NCBI GenBank assembly: GCA_963741095.1
Contig: CAVUGN010000011.1
Span: 1-64,000 of the forward strand
Direction of reading: 5' to 3'
DNA: 64,000 nt
Source of the DNA: an uncultured Candidatus Micrarchaeota archaeon
GTDB taxonomy: Archaea > Micrarchaeota > Micrarchaeia > Micrarchaeales > Micrarchaeaceae
A model generated the notes under the pieces. The model did no database searches, had not been told where the DNA came from, and saw nothing but the letters and a program-made list of their open reading frames with translations. How positions within the stretch are numbered: the stretch's first letter is position 1; each line of letters starts with the position of its first letter. This document shows positions 1-10,854 of the stretch, one piece after another. The position numbers and the translations under genes were made by a program.

Positions 1-2598
1 GCAGGTGACCGCGAAACCGTCCTCGCCCGTCACAATAGACGTGGGCCAGACCATACCGGTCAACGCGGTCGCGTCAGGCGGAACGGGATCGTACACCTAC
101 TCGGGATGGACCTCGACCTGCACCGGTTACTCATCGGGATCGGGCAACACGGTCTCGTTCACTCCAGTCTCATCGGGAAGCTGCGCCTTCACCTTCACCG
201 CGAACGACCTCTACACTTCGAACACAGGAACGACCGCGACAATAACGGTCAACCCGCTTCTGCAGGTGACCGCGAAACCGTCCTCGCCCGTCACAATAGA
301 CGTGGGCCAGACCATACCGGTCAACGCGGTCGCGTCAGGCGGAACGGGATCGTACACCTACTCGGGATGGACCTCGACCTGCACCGGTTACTCATCGGGA
401 TCGGGCAACACGGTCTCGTTCACTCCAGTCTCATCGGGAAGCTGCGCCTTCACCTTCACCGCGAACGACCTCTACACTTCGAACACAGGAACGACCGCGA
501 CAATAACGGTCAACCCGCTTCTGCAGGTGACCGCGAAACCGTCCTCGCCCGTCACAATAGACGTGGGCCAGACCATACCGGTCAACGCGGTCGCGTCAGG
601 CGGAACGGGATCGTACACCTACTCGGGATGGACCTCGACCTGCACCGGTTACTCATCGGGATCGGGCAACACGGTATCGTTCACTCCAGTCTCATCGGGA
701 AGCTGCGCCTTCACCTTCACCGCGAACGACCTCTACACTTCGAACACAGGAACGACCGCGACAATAACGGTCAACCCGCTTCTGCAGGTGACCGCGAAAC
801 CGTCCTCGCCCGTCACAATAGACGTGGGCCAGACCATACCGGTCAACGCGGTCGCGTCAGGCGGAACGGGATCGTACACCTACTCGGGATGGACCTCGAC
901 CTGCACCGGTTACTCATCGGGATCGGGCAACACGGTATCGTTCACTCCAGTCTCATCGGGAAGCTGCGCCTTCACCTTCACCGCGAACGACCTCTACACT
1001 TCGAACACAGGAACGACCGCGACAATAACGGTCAACCCGCTTCTGCAGGTGACCGCGAAACCGTCCTCGCCCGTCACAATAGACGTGGGCCAGACCATAC
1101 CGGTCAACGCGGTCGCGTCAGGCGGAACGGGATCGTACACCTACTCGGGATGGACCTCGACCTGCACCGGTTACTCATCGGGATCGGGCAACACGGTATC
1201 GTTCACTCCAGTCTCATCGGGAAGCTGCGCCTTCACCTTCACCGCGAACGACCTCTACACTTCGAACACAGGAACGACCGCGACAATAACGGTCAACCCG
1301 CTTCTGCAGGTGACCGCGAAACCGTCCTCGCCCGTCACAATAGACGTGGGCCAGACCATACCGGTCAACGCGGTCGCGTCAGGCGGAACGGGATCGTACA
1401 CCTACTCGGGATGGACCTCGACCTGCACCGGTTACTCATCGGGATCGGGCAACACGGTATCGTTCACTCCAGTCTCATCGGGAAGCTGCGCCTTCACCTT
1501 CACCGCGAACGACCTCTACACTTCGAACACAGGAACGACCGCGACAATAACGGTCAACCCGCTTCTGCAGGTGACCGCGAAACCGTCCTCGCCCGTCACA
1601 ATAGACGTGGGCCAGACCATACCGGTCAACGCGGTCGCGTCAGGCGGAACGGGATCGTACACCTACTCGGGATGGACCTCGACCTGCACCGGTTACTCAT
1701 CGGGATCGGGCAACACGGTATCGTTCACTCCAGTCTCATCGGGAAGCTGCGCCTTCACCTTCACCGCGAACGACCTCTACACTTCGAACACAGGAACGAC
1801 CGCGACAATAACGGTCAACCCGCTTCTGCAGGTGACCGCGAAACCGTCCTCGCCCGTCACAATAGACGTGGGCCAGACCATACCGGTCAACGCGGTCGCG
1901 TCAGGCGGAACGGGATCGTACACCTACTCGGGATGGACCTCGACCTGCACCGGTTACTCATCGGGATCGGGCAACACGGTATCGTTCACTCCAGTCTCAT
2001 CGGGAAGCTGCGCCTTCACCTTCACCGCGAACGACCTCTACACTTCGAACACAGGAACGACCGCGACAATAACGGTCAACCCGCTTCTGCAGGTGACCGC
2101 GAAACCGTCCTCGCCCGTCACAATAGACGTGGGCCAGACCATACCGGTCAACGCGGTCGCGTCAGGCGGAACGGGATCGTACACCTACTCGGGATGGACC
2201 TCGACCTGCACCGGTTACTCATCGGGATCGGGCAACACGGTCTCGTTCACTCCAGTCTCATCGGGAAGCTGCGCCTTCACCTTCACCGCGAACGACCTCT
2301 ACACTTCGAACACAGGAACGACCGCGACAATAACGGTCAACCCGCTTCTGCAGGTGACCGCGAAACCGTCCTCGCCCGTCACAATAGACGTGGGCCAGAC
2401 CATACCGGTCAACGCGGTCGCGTCAGGCGGAACGGGATCGTACACCTACTCGGGATGGACCTCGACCTGCACCGGTTACTCATCGGGATCGGGCAACACG
2501 GTCTCGTTCACTCCAGTCTCATCGGGAAGCTGCGCCTTCACCTTCACCGCGAACGACCTCTACACTTCGAACACAGGAACGACCGCGACAATAACGGT
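1..2598 (+). repeat. Intragenic tandem repeat, 261-bp unit, about 10 copies (last incomplete)
   Basis: gcaggtgaccgcgaaacc recurs at 1, 262, 523 ... 2350; units identical except one synonymous site. Confidence 0.97.
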
Positions 2599-4456
2599 TG
2601 ATCAGAAACCAACCGTCTCGACGCCAATACCTTCAAATGTCATCCTTGATGCGGGTCAATCAGTTGTTTACAACACGATACTCACGGGAACTGGTTCATC
2701 GTTCACGGTCAATCTAGTGAGGAGCGATGGCGTAACAATCAACTCTCTTACTGGCCAAAGCGTAGGAACTCTTGTATTCGCTTCCAATGCACCTTCCTCA
2801 AGCTTCTCGTGCAACGTAGTTGCAACAGACATCAGCACCGCAACGCCGTTCGTGTTCAACTCTCTCTCAAACGCGATAAGCGTCTATCAAACGCCGTACA
2901 CTACGGTTGTGATCACGCCTTCCAACGATGTGACTTATGGGACCAATACGATGGCAAATGCCCTGGTCAGCGGCGGTACAGGCGCGTTCAGCTTCCAATG
3001 GACTCTCAACGGCATCAATGCGGCGAACACAGTCGTCAGTCCAGTCGAATCATCGAACGTGTTAGGCCTCATAACAGCCGGAAACTATGTCTACAATGCA
3101 ATAGCGACGGACCAAGGCACCACTACGCCATATTACACCGCCTTGGCAAGCAACACGCTTGTGGTGCAGAAGGCCAGCCTCACTGGATCGATAACGATAG
3201 TTGGGCAGGTCATAGAAGCCACGGGAACCGAAACCATAGCCGACCAGAGCCAGTGGAGCCTGTACCTGAATGGAGTTCTCTACGACACCACCAATTCCTA
3301 CATATCGATGCCCATAGATACCCTGAGTGCGGGCACCTACACCATACTTTTCATGAATCCTGGTAACCAGAACTACACCAGCTACACTGCTTCGGCCAGC
3401 CTTACGGTGCAACCCTCCAGTCCAGGCCCAACAAGGCCAAATGGCGGAGGCGGTGGGGGTGGAGGCGGCGGGATAGAGATGCCGATAGTGCTGAACACCA
3501 AAAACAGTTATGCAATCACCAACATAGCCCTCTACAACACGTTCAACATAACCTCCTGCGGCGTGCAATTAAATTTCAGCGAGAACTATATCTCCGCCAC
3601 GAACGTGGGGCTGCTGATAAACAACGTGCAATACCTGCTGCACCCCAATAACGGTTCGGTGATGATAAACCAGACCGAGAACCCGCTCTGCTCGTTCAGG
3701 GTGCAGCTGCTCAACGTCTCGCTCCAGCCCATACTGCACACGGTGTCTGTGGGGGTGACCACCTCGCCGGTGCCGATAAACGTTACGATGCAGCAGTTCG
3801 AAGAGGGAATAACGACCTACAATTCCATACCGACCGTCATCAACCTGCTCGGGGAGCAGACAACACTGAACATAACCTCCTCGTTCACCGCAAGACAAAC
3901 ACTTTCAGTGAAGAACCTCACGCTTTCCAGGTTCCTGCCTCCGCTACCCGTGGGATACAAACGCCAGCTGATACAGAACATAACGGTGTTCTCCAACAGC
4001 ACAATGGAGAACCAGCTCCTGAACACCACGGTGAACGCGACGATAAAGTACAACTGCAGCATAGACTACTACAGAATAACGCCGTTCATCCTGACGAACA
4101 ACTCATGGGTGCGTGTCACAAGTTTCCTCGTCAAACCGAAGGAGTGTGATGTCTCGTTCACCTTCAGCGGGGATCCGATACTTGCCCTGGCGGCTTTTGT
4201 CAGTACTCCGACAAACACCACCACAACCATGACCACAACTTCAACAGTGTTCACGACAACAACGATACCCCAGCCGACGATAATCGAACGGCTGGAGCAG
4301 AACGAGCTGATGATAACGGGTGCAATACTGGCAATAATAATCCTTATCGTTGCCGTAGTGATGCACCGCATGCTGGTGCGCAACCAGTCAAAGCTCAACG
4401 AGAACAAGAAAATGAGGAAGAGTACCGGTAAATCTTCACGATCAAGGCACAAGTAA
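1..4456 (+). CDS. Large cell-surface protein (5'-truncated) with ten 87-aa Ig/PKD-like repeats, poly-Gly linker, Thr-rich stalk, C-terminal TM helix and basic tail
   Basis: Open frame from window start; Ser/Thr/Gly-rich beta-strand repeats each with 2 Cys; C-term LMITGAILAIIILIVAVVM followed by K/R-rich tail. Confidence 0.85.
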   Translation, partial: QVTAKPSSPVTIDVGQTIPVNAVASGGTGSYTYSGWTSTCTGYSSGSGNTVSFTPVSSGSCAFTFTANDLYTSNTGTTATITVNPLLQVTAKPSSPVTIDVGQTIPVNAVASGGTGSYTYSGWTSTCTGYSSGSGNTVSFTPVSSGSCAFTFTANDLYTSNTGTTATITVNPLLQVTAKPSSPVTIDVGQTIPVNAVASGGTGSYTYSGWTSTCTGYSSGSGNTVSFTPVSSGSCAFTFTANDLYTSNTGTTATITVNPLLQVTAKPSSPVTIDVGQTIPVNAVASGGTGSYTYSGWTSTCTGYSSGSGNTVSFTPVSSGSCAFTFTANDLYTSNTGTTATITVNPLLQVTAKPSSPVTIDVGQTIPVNAVASGGTGSYTYSGWTSTCTGYSSGSGNTVSFTPVSSGSCAFTFTANDLYTSNTGTTATITVNPLLQVTAKPSSPVTIDVGQTIPVNAVASGGTGSYTYSGWTSTCTGYSSGSGNTVSFTPVSSGSCAFTFTANDLYTSNTGTTATITVNPLLQVTAKPSSPVTIDVGQTIPVNAVASGGTGSYTYSGWTSTCTGYSSGSGNTVSFTPVSSGSCAFTFTANDLYTSNTGTTATITVNPLLQVTAKPSSPVTIDVGQTIPVNAVASGGTGSYTYSGWTSTCTGYSSGSGNTVSFTPVSSGSCAFTFTANDLYTSNTGTTATITVNPLLQVTAKPSSPVTIDVGQTIPVNAVASGGTGSYTYSGWTSTCTGYSSGSGNTVSFTPVSSGSCAFTFTANDLYTSNTGTTATITVNPLLQVTAKPSSPVTIDVGQTIPVNAVASGGTGSYTYSGWTSTCTGYSSGSGNTVSFTPVSSGSCAFTFTANDLYTSNTGTTATITVDQKPTVSTPIPSNVILDAGQSVVYNTILTGTGSSFTVNLVRSDGVTINSLTGQSVGTLVFASNAPSSSFSCNVVATDISTATPFVFNSLSNAISVYQTPYTTVVITPSNDVTYGTNTMANALVSGGTGAFSFQWTLNGINAANTVVSPVESSNVLGLITAGNYVYNAIATDQGTTTPYYTALASNTLVVQKASLTGSITIVGQVIEATGTETIADQSQWSLYLNGVLYDTTNSYISMPIDTLSAGTYTILFMNPGNQNYTSYTASASLTVQPSSPGPTRPNGGGGGGGGGGIEMPIVLNTKNSYAITNIALYNTFNITSCGVQLNFSENYISATNVGLLINNVQYLLHPNNGSVMINQTENPLCSFRVQLLNVSLQPILHTVSVGVTTSPVPINVTMQQFEEGITTYNSIPTVINLLGEQTTLNITSSFTARQTLSVKNLTLSRFLPPLPVGYKRQLIQNITVFSNSTMENQLLNTTVNATIKYNCSIDYYRITPFILTNNSWVRVTSFLVKPKECDVSFTFSGDPILALAAFVSTPTNTTTTMTTTSTVFTTTTIPQPTIIERLEQNELMITGAILAIIILIVAVVMHRMLVRNQSKLNENKKMRKSTGKSSRSRHK

Positions 4457-4497
4457 CAAAGAAAATAAACTGAAAAGGGAAATTCGGCACTAATCGC

Positions 4498-4824
4498 TTA
4501 CACGCTCCTGACGTTCTCTATGGTCCTGGAGAACTTCTGGACGCTCTTTACTATCTCCTTGACCTTGGGGTTTAGCCTGTAGCCCAGGCCGTAGCCCTTC
4601 TCGGTCCTTATGTGCGTCGGCTGTATGACATTCAGGTCGAGTGACAGTTCCCTGAGCGTCAGGATAAGGGTCTTCCTTGTGAACTTCTTCTCAAGTATGG
4701 AATAAAGCTCTCTCGTGGTTCTCGGGGACTTCTGCAGCAGCAGGTTCATGACTGCATAGTTGGGCCTGCTCAACGACTTCCTGAGCGCCCATATCTCGTC
4801 CTTATCCCGCTCCTTCTTTACCAT
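4498..4824 (-). CDS. Winged-helix transcriptional regulator (HxlR/ArsR-like)
   Basis: 108 aa basic protein with HTH-wing pattern, divergent from pilus operon. Confidence 0.6.
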   Translation of the reverse strand: MVKKERDKDEIWALRKSLSRPNYAVMNLLLQKSPRTTRELYSILEKKFTRKTLILTLRELSLDLNVIQPTHIRTEKGYGLGYRLNPKVKEIVKSVQKFSRTIENVRSV

Positions 4825-4964
4825 AACTTTATATTGTCAGTAAAGCTTTAAAAACGTATGCGTCAGGCAAGGTTAAGGTTTTGTCTTTCAGGGTCAAATC
4901 AATACAAAAGTATAAATACTTTTACTCAAATAAATATCAGGGTATCAAAGTAATCAGTTAATCG

Positions 4965-6488
4965 GTGGGTGAGGTGAGATTGTTGCAGACGCTCGGGCTC
5001 TCGCCCGGGCTGGAAGTTGGTGAAACCATACCGGAGGCACAAAGTGCAGGCCTGTCATTCTCCGTTACCGGCGACTACCCTGACAAGGTTCTTGCCGGTG
5101 CTGGGCAGTTTGGAATGATCGGCAAGAGGGGGCAGCAAGTGATGTACTCGATATCCGTGCTGAACCTCGGCAGCGGCGATGTCAGAACCCTGAATGCGAC
5201 AAAGTCCAAGCTGGTGGATGCGCTTATCTCGGGCGAAGAGTTTCAATACTCAGAAGAAAACTTGCGCAAGACCCAGCAGCTTGCGCTAAATCTGCTCGGC
5301 GGCACAAGCACCAGCGAGAAAAAGGAGCTTCTCGCCTATCTGCTCGCGCACGAGACCGTGGGCTACGGGCCGATAAGCATCCTGCTTGAAGACAACAAGA
5401 ACATCGAGGAAATAGTCATCAATTCGCCGACATCGAACATCTGCATCTACCATTCGATCCACGGGTTCTGCACCACGAACCTCAGGTTCAACTCCGAAAG
5501 GGATTTTCGCTACATGATAAACAAGACCATACGCGCCGCGGAACGGGAGATAAACTCAAACGCTCCGATAATCGACGCGCAGCTCAACGACGGTTCGAGG
5601 GTCCATGCGCAGCTGAGGCCATACTCGATAAACGGCGCAGCCGCATCGATCAGGCTCAACGGCAGCAAGTCCATGGACCTGAGGAGATTGATGGACCTTG
5701 GCACCGTAACCCCCGAGCTTCTAGCCTACCTCTGGCTTGCAGTGGAGACCAACCACAACCTGATCATCTCCGGAGCGCCCGCATCCGGCAAGACCTCATT
5801 TCTCCTTGCGCTCAATGCCTTCGTGCCCAAGTACCAGCGCGTCATAACCATAGAGGAGGACGTGAACGAGCTAAAATTCCATAGCAATTTCATGAATTCC
5901 GTGTCGTTGCAAGGCTCAACCGTCTTGGGCAGGGCGAGCACGCGAGATCAGGTGATAAACGCGCTGCACCTTCGCCCTGATCGGTTGATAGTCGGGGAGA
6001 TCCGAGGAAGCGAGACCAACGAAATGCTCTCCGGCTCCAATTATGGGGTGCCGTTCATGACCACGATGCACAGCAGCGGCAACGGCCAAGCCATACTGAG
6101 CAGGCTACAGGCGAAGCCGATGGGGGTAGAGCCGCAGATATTGACGATGCTCGACGTCTCGGTGTTCATGCGGCAGGAGGGGCTGATGTCGAGAAAGGTC
6201 GAGAGCGTCCTGGAGTACAGGTGGCTCAGCAGGGACGAGATAAGCGTCGATGAACTAGACTCGGGAAGCGAGATGAAGATGCTCGAGCTGGGCAAAAATG
6301 GGGCGCAGAACGAAGATGCCATCGAAGGCTCGAAGGTCGTCGGCGCGTACATGGAGACACACCTGGTCAGCCTAGCGCGCTGCAGGAAGGAGCTCAAGAA
6401 AAGGGCGGAGTACCTCAAGGCCATGCCTCCATCCAAGGACGGCGGGAGCGTTCCCGACTACATAGCAAACTACTGGGCGATCAAATGA
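4965..6488 (+). CDS. Type IV pilus/Tad secretion ATPase (TadA/VirB11/ArlI family)
   Basis: Walker A GAPASGKT, TIEED Asp box, LRPDRLIVGEIRG, TTMH His box. Confidence 0.92.
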   Translation: MGEVRLLQTLGLSPGLEVGETIPEAQSAGLSFSVTGDYPDKVLAGAGQFGMIGKRGQQVMYSISVLNLGSGDVRTLNATKSKLVDALISGEEFQYSEENLRKTQQLALNLLGGTSTSEKKELLAYLLAHETVGYGPISILLEDNKNIEEIVINSPTSNICIYHSIHGFCTTNLRFNSERDFRYMINKTIRAAEREINSNAPIIDAQLNDGSRVHAQLRPYSINGAAASIRLNGSKSMDLRRLMDLGTVTPELLAYLWLAVETNHNLIISGAPASGKTSFLLALNAFVPKYQRVITIEEDVNELKFHSNFMNSVSLQGSTVLGRASTRDQVINALHLRPDRLIVGEIRGSETNEMLSGSNYGVPFMTTMHSSGNGQAILSRLQAKPMGVEPQILTMLDVSVFMRQEGLMSRKVESVLEYRWLSRDEISVDELDSGSEMKMLELGKNGAQNEDAIEGSKVVGAYMETHLVSLARCRKELKKRAEYLKAMPPSKDGGSVPDYIANYWAIK

Positions 6489-7207
6489 GGCAACTGTCAA
6501 GGATAGCGCTGCGCAATTTTGCGATCCTTCTGGTGGCCGCAGGCATAACCTACTACGCATCCGACCTGAAGCAGGCGCTGCTCGTCGTGTCGATAGGGTC
6601 CATTTTCGCTTCGATCGTCTCCATCTCGGAGCTGCGGCTCAGGCAGAAGTTCGAGCGCGCCTCAGAGCTAAGCGACACCTTCTTCATGCTGCACCTGGTG
6701 TGCGACGGCATAAGGTACGGCGGAAAGTCGACCTACTCGAGCATGGAAAGCGCGATGCGCAGCCTCCGCTCCAGCACAGATTCGAAAGTGCAGAAGATCA
6801 TCGGAGAGATAAGGATGAGGATGACCTCGGGGCAGGACCTGGGCCAGGCTATAGCCTCGACGTGCGGCAACCGCAACGATGCCGCGTCGACTGCCCTTCG
6901 TGCGGTCGGCAAGGAATACCAAAAGAGCTACGATGCAGGATCCGCAGTGAAGAACGCATACACACGGCTGTGGAAGTCCCAGTCGCTCGGCAGGGAGAAG
7001 GCCTACGGCTCGCTGCAGAAGTACCTCACCATAAGCATGGCGCTCAGCGCGGTGCTGCCCTCGTTCGTGGTATTCGCTTTTGTCGGCTATTCGATGGTCT
7101 ACTACTCTACCCTGCTGTTTTCCTTCTTCTGCATCATGATGCTCGTGGTGCTGCCAAGCCTCTACGCGATGCTGAAGATGCACATAGCTGGTGTGTATGC
7201 GCAATGA
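6485..7207 (+). CDS. Pilus assembly platform membrane protein (TadB/T2SSF-like)
   Basis: Multiple TM segments, directly follows ATPase. Confidence 0.65.
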   Translation: MRQLSRIALRNFAILLVAAGITYYASDLKQALLVVSIGSIFASIVSISELRLRQKFERASELSDTFFMLHLVCDGIRYGGKSTYSSMESAMRSLRSSTDSKVQKIIGEIRMRMTSGQDLGQAIASTCGNRNDAASTALRAVGKEYQKSYDAGSAVKNAYTRLWKSQSLGREKAYGSLQKYLTISMALSAVLPSFVVFAFVGYSMVYYSTLLFSFFCIMMLVVLPSLYAMLKMHIAGVYAQ

Positions 7208-7967
7208 ACTATTGAGTGCCGTGTGCGTCCTGGCGGCTATCCTCAGCGCTGCAACTTCCCTCTTTGTCAACGTGTATGCCGGCATTGCGGTCGCGGCGCC
7301 CTCTTTTGTGGCATTCTACCTGCTGCGCCAGCGCATCGGCGGAGATTCCAGCCAGAACGAATCCGATTCGGCTCAGTTCATCGGCAATCTCATCGACAAC
7401 TACGGCGGGCATGCCGGCACCATCTCGCTGGTGCGCGCCTCTCTCAGCCCCGATTTCCGCTTCTATTCGGACATGAACGAGGCCCTGTCGAGATACCTGA
7501 CTCAGGGCAACGCCGAACTCTCATTCTCCAAGCTGCTGAAATCCGACTCCATCGCGCTCGCCGAGGCCACGTCCGCGATCGTCCGCAGGCTGGACGACGG
7601 CGCCGAGATGATTGGCCCGTTGAAGGAGACAAGAAGGCGCATCAACTCGGAAAGCAGGCACAGGATGAAGAACCTGGGCAGCGTGCTCAATGCCGATTCC
7701 GTGGTGAGATTGGGCTCGATGATGTTCTTCCCGGCCTTCGCGGGCATAAGCATGCGGATAGCAGTCTTCGCTGGCTCGAGCCAGGGCTTCTCCGCACTTA
7801 AGGCCGGTGCATTGTCGCTGATATTCGCCTTCTACATAATCCACACGAACGTGACTAACTTCGGCTATTCGAAATCCCCAATGAATATGGAAAAAGCGGC
7901 GGTTTCTGCGGCCCTGGGAATGATCGCCTTCCAGGCCAGCTACCTTCTTTCGACCATGATGCTTTAG
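7197..7967 (+). CDS. Second pilus platform membrane protein (TadC-like)
   Basis: TM segments at both ends, operon position. Confidence 0.62.
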   Translation: MRNELLSAVCVLAAILSAATSLFVNVYAGIAVAAPSFVAFYLLRQRIGGDSSQNESDSAQFIGNLIDNYGGHAGTISLVRASLSPDFRFYSDMNEALSRYLTQGNAELSFSKLLKSDSIALAEATSAIVRRLDDGAEMIGPLKETRRRINSESRHRMKNLGSVLNADSVVRLGSMMFFPAFAGISMRIAVFAGSSQGFSALKAGALSLIFAFYIIHTNVTNFGYSKSPMNMEKAAVSAALGMIAFQASYLLSTMML

Positions 7968-7975
7968 GTGAAACA

Positions 7976-8224
7976 ATGGAATATCTACCGTACACGAACG
8001 AGATGCGGGCCTTCATGGCCCTCGCAAGAGCAGCGAAGGCGCAGGGCTCATTGGAGTACATCATGATGCTCTCCGCTGTGAGCATAGTGATAGTGATAGC
8101 CCTGGCGATGGTGACGCAGCTGAAGGGCACCGCGGTGCATGCCTTCTCCGGCAACGGCGTCAACCAGAGCGTATCGGCGAAGCTGGGCGACGAGCTCGCG
8201 AACCTGACAAACACGATGAGATAA
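7976..8224 (+). CDS. Pilin-like protein with class III signal peptide
   Basis: KAQGSLEY followed by hydrophobic helix. Confidence 0.8.
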   Translation: MEYLPYTNEMRAFMALARAAKAQGSLEYIMMLSAVSIVIVIALAMVTQLKGTAVHAFSGNGVNQSVSAKLGDELANLTNTMR

Positions 8225-8245
8225 GCGGTTCTCGAAGGCGTTGGC

Positions 8246-8626
8246 GTGAAGGCACAACTCTCGCTGGAGTTCCTGATGTACGCGCTCGTGTCGGGCGCAT
8301 CCCTGGCCACGGCGCTGGGGATGTACGCGCGCTCCCAGAGCGCCGGCTCCGTCGGCATAGCCGGCACGTACAACGAGGAGCTCGCCGCATCGATAGACGC
8401 GAACATGGCCTACCAGACCAGCAGCTTCACCGCCTACGTGCCGAAAGGCCTGTGCAATGCGACAACGAGCGGGTACAGCCTTGTCACCGGCTTCGGCTCT
8501 TATGCCCTTGACGACCCGATGGAGATAAACGGCAATGCGCTCTGTCTCGGGCAGGGCGGCATGGCGGGGCTGAACCTGACCGAGGAATACAACGGCACCT
8601 TCCTGCTCAGCCGGTGGTCCGGATGA
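8246..8626 (+). CDS. Pilin-like protein with class III signal peptide
   Basis: MKAQLSLEF plus hydrophobic stretch. Confidence 0.8.
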   Translation: MKAQLSLEFLMYALVSGASLATALGMYARSQSAGSVGIAGTYNEELAASIDANMAYQTSSFTAYVPKGLCNATTSGYSLVTGFGSYALDDPMEINGNALCLGQGGMAGLNLTEEYNGTFLLSRWSG

Positions 8627-8832
8627 GGGCGCAGCTCATGCTCGAGATGACCTTCATGCTGCTCGTGGCGTTGTCGTTCGTACTCCTCATCGCCGTCCTG
8701 TTTGCCGGCGTCTCAGGAAGCTATGCAAAGTCCACCGATTCGATGGGCGCGTACCGCTCGCAATCGGCCAACGCGCTGGCACAGGAGACCTTACCGTACA
8801 GCGAGTTCCACATCATAACGACCAACAACTAG
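8614..8832 (+). CDS. Pilin-like protein with class III signal peptide
   Basis: RAQLMLEM plus hydrophobic stretch. Confidence 0.75.
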   Translation: MVRMRAQLMLEMTFMLLVALSFVLLIAVLFAGVSGSYAKSTDSMGAYRSQSANALAQETLPYSEFHIITTNN

Positions 8833-8839
8833 TGGTGAA

Positions 8840-9160
8840 ATGCTGATAGAATTCGACATGCTCTTCGCCGTCTTCGCGCTCATGCTGGTGCTGCCCGTCA
8901 CGGTCTTCCAGATCGTGAGCAATCAAAGCGCCTTCGTCGGCTCTTCAACGCTTTTCAGCAACAGCCTCATTTTGAATTCAGGCACCCAGAAACTGGTATC
9001 CCAATTAGGTGAGATGGTCGCTCAAACCGGGTTTGATTACGGGCTGGGCAATTCCGGCTACTCGCTGACGCCATACAACACGAAAGGAACGCAGAACAGC
9101 ACCTGCTCCAGGCTTGCCGTTGCCGGGGGCAGCGTGTACTGCCTCTCGGTGAGAAAATGA
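8840..9160 (+). CDS. Pilus-locus small membrane-anchored protein
   Basis: N-terminal hydrophobic helix; in operon. Confidence 0.55.
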   Translation: MLIEFDMLFAVFALMLVLPVTVFQIVSNQSAFVGSSTLFSNSLILNSGTQKLVSQLGEMVAQTGFDYGLGNSGYSLTPYNTKGTQNSTCSRLAVAGGSVYCLSVRK

Positions 9161-10455
9161 GATCACAGACCACACTGGAATTCCTGATACTCCTGAGCGC
9201 GGCAGCTTCCCTCAGCGTGTTCGCGATCGGCACGTACTCGAACATCGCCAACGCGCAGAAACCATTCTACAAGCTTCTTGAGCAGTCTCCCGCGGCAAAC
9301 CAGGTCTCAAACGTTCCAATCCGGCAAAACAGCACCGATGGGATATACGCCAGCATAGCCAACGTCACCTACGTGAACAGGAGCAACAGCCTCGAGGTGA
9401 TTGTGACCTCCTCCTCGATACGTGTGGCAGAAGTGCGCGTTGTTGGCAGCCCCAATGTTGCGATAGTGCCCAGCCAGTACGACAACGTGAGCATAAGCGG
9501 TCTTTCAATACTTCCCTTCTCGGTGATCCCAAAGGCTGCAGGAATCGTAGCCATAAACGCCGTCGCGGACTTTTACGGCACGAATGAAAGTGCAAGCATA
9601 AGCGCTTATGCGGAGAGCTATGCTGTGCCATCCAACACAAACGGCACATCCGAGCAGGGCCCAGAATTTGCAGCTTCTCTGGCAAGGCGCAACGAGTCAA
9701 TAATGTACCCGATAGGCGCGGGCACGGACACCTACACCGCTTCGATGTGGAGCCACTGCAGCGATCTGGACTGGGGGCACAACGAGATGCCGATGGCGGC
9801 GCAGTGCGGCGATGCCAACTGGTACTTCTGGGAGTTCGACTCCAACTGCTACTTCAACCAGGGCATCTATTACATAACCTACTGCGTGAAGCTGTATCCA
9901 ACGAACACGACCGCCAGCATCATACGGGGCACGCAGTCCTACGGCTACAATGCCTCTCTCCTGCTGTACAACGGCACCGACCGCTTTTCTGCAGATCTGA
10001 ACAACCTGAAGAACGCCTCGCAGCTTTACGACAGCAGCGGCATGGCCGAAGGAAATGTGATTGTCAGCGAGGTGAGCGGCGTAGGCTCTCAGCAGTACAA
10101 CGATTATGTGGTCCTCAACACCTCGGGCAACACTCGGCCGATCAACATAAGCTACTACGACAACTATCTTCAATACCTGAACGGCCTTGAGGCCTTCCTG
10201 AACTACTACGGCACCGGCGCCGATCCGGGCACAGCGACGCAGGACATAAGCTATTTGAACTCCGGCGCCTCGAATCTAATGGCCGCGCCGTCCGCGAAGG
10301 ATGCACAGTGCCGCATAATGACGGAGCACAACCAGAGCTACTACTCCTGCGATCCCGTCTCCGGACTTTACTACACCATAAATGCTAGCATATCTTCTTC
10401 AAAGAGTCTCAACCAGTCCATAGTCCTGCAAGGTTCGACGATAAACATAAGGTAG
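9157..10455 (+). CDS. Large minor pilin/adhesin with class III signal peptide
   Basis: MRSQTTLEF plus hydrophobic helix; Asn/Ser/Tyr-rich body with Cys pairs. Confidence 0.72.
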   Translation: MRSQTTLEFLILLSAAASLSVFAIGTYSNIANAQKPFYKLLEQSPAANQVSNVPIRQNSTDGIYASIANVTYVNRSNSLEVIVTSSSIRVAEVRVVGSPNVAIVPSQYDNVSISGLSILPFSVIPKAAGIVAINAVADFYGTNESASISAYAESYAVPSNTNGTSEQGPEFAASLARRNESIMYPIGAGTDTYTASMWSHCSDLDWGHNEMPMAAQCGDANWYFWEFDSNCYFNQGIYYITYCVKLYPTNTTASIIRGTQSYGYNASLLLYNGTDRFSADLNNLKNASQLYDSSGMAEGNVIVSEVSGVGSQQYNDYVVLNTSGNTRPINISYYDNYLQYLNGLEAFLNYYGTGADPGTATQDISYLNSGASNLMAAPSAKDAQCRIMTEHNQSYYSCDPVSGLYYTINASISSSKSLNQSIVLQGSTINIR

Positions 10456-10854
10456 ATGTGCATGAAAGGCCAGATTGCATTGTTCGAAGTGTTCCTCTCG
10501 TCGCTGGTGCTCTCGACGCTGGTGTCGTTGCTCGCTGGCACGCTTTACGCCTCGCCGCTGACCACCGGTGCGTACAACTTCAACTACGGCAACCTGCTCT
10601 ACGATTTCACCAACGCGTTCTACAAGAATAGCACCATATCGTCATGCTTCGCTTTCGGAAATTACACCTGCGAGTCCAACTTTATCAAATCAATGAAGTC
10701 TGTGTACGGCATGGGCTATGTCGAATTCAACGCAGGCAACTCGACCATTCAATACGGAAACAAACTCCTTTGCAGGAGATCCGTGCGCGGATGCTTCCCC
10801 GTGGAAAAAGCAGGTTCGTACTCGATAGCATGCGTGTACGCATGCGGTGCCTGA
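10456..10854 (+). CDS. Pilin-like protein with class III signal peptide
   Basis: KGQIALFE plus hydrophobic helix. Confidence 0.7.
   Translation: MCMKGQIALFEVFLSSLVLSTLVSLLAGTLYASPLTTGAYNFNYGNLLYDFTNAFYKNSTISSCFAFGNYTCESNFIKSMKSVYGMGYVEFNAGNSTIQYGNKLLCRRSVRGCFPVEKAGSYSIACVYACGA

Noticed and set aside
106-2601. 831-aa alternative-frame ORF
   Set aside because: Shadow of the stop-free 261-bp repeat; ends where the repeat ends
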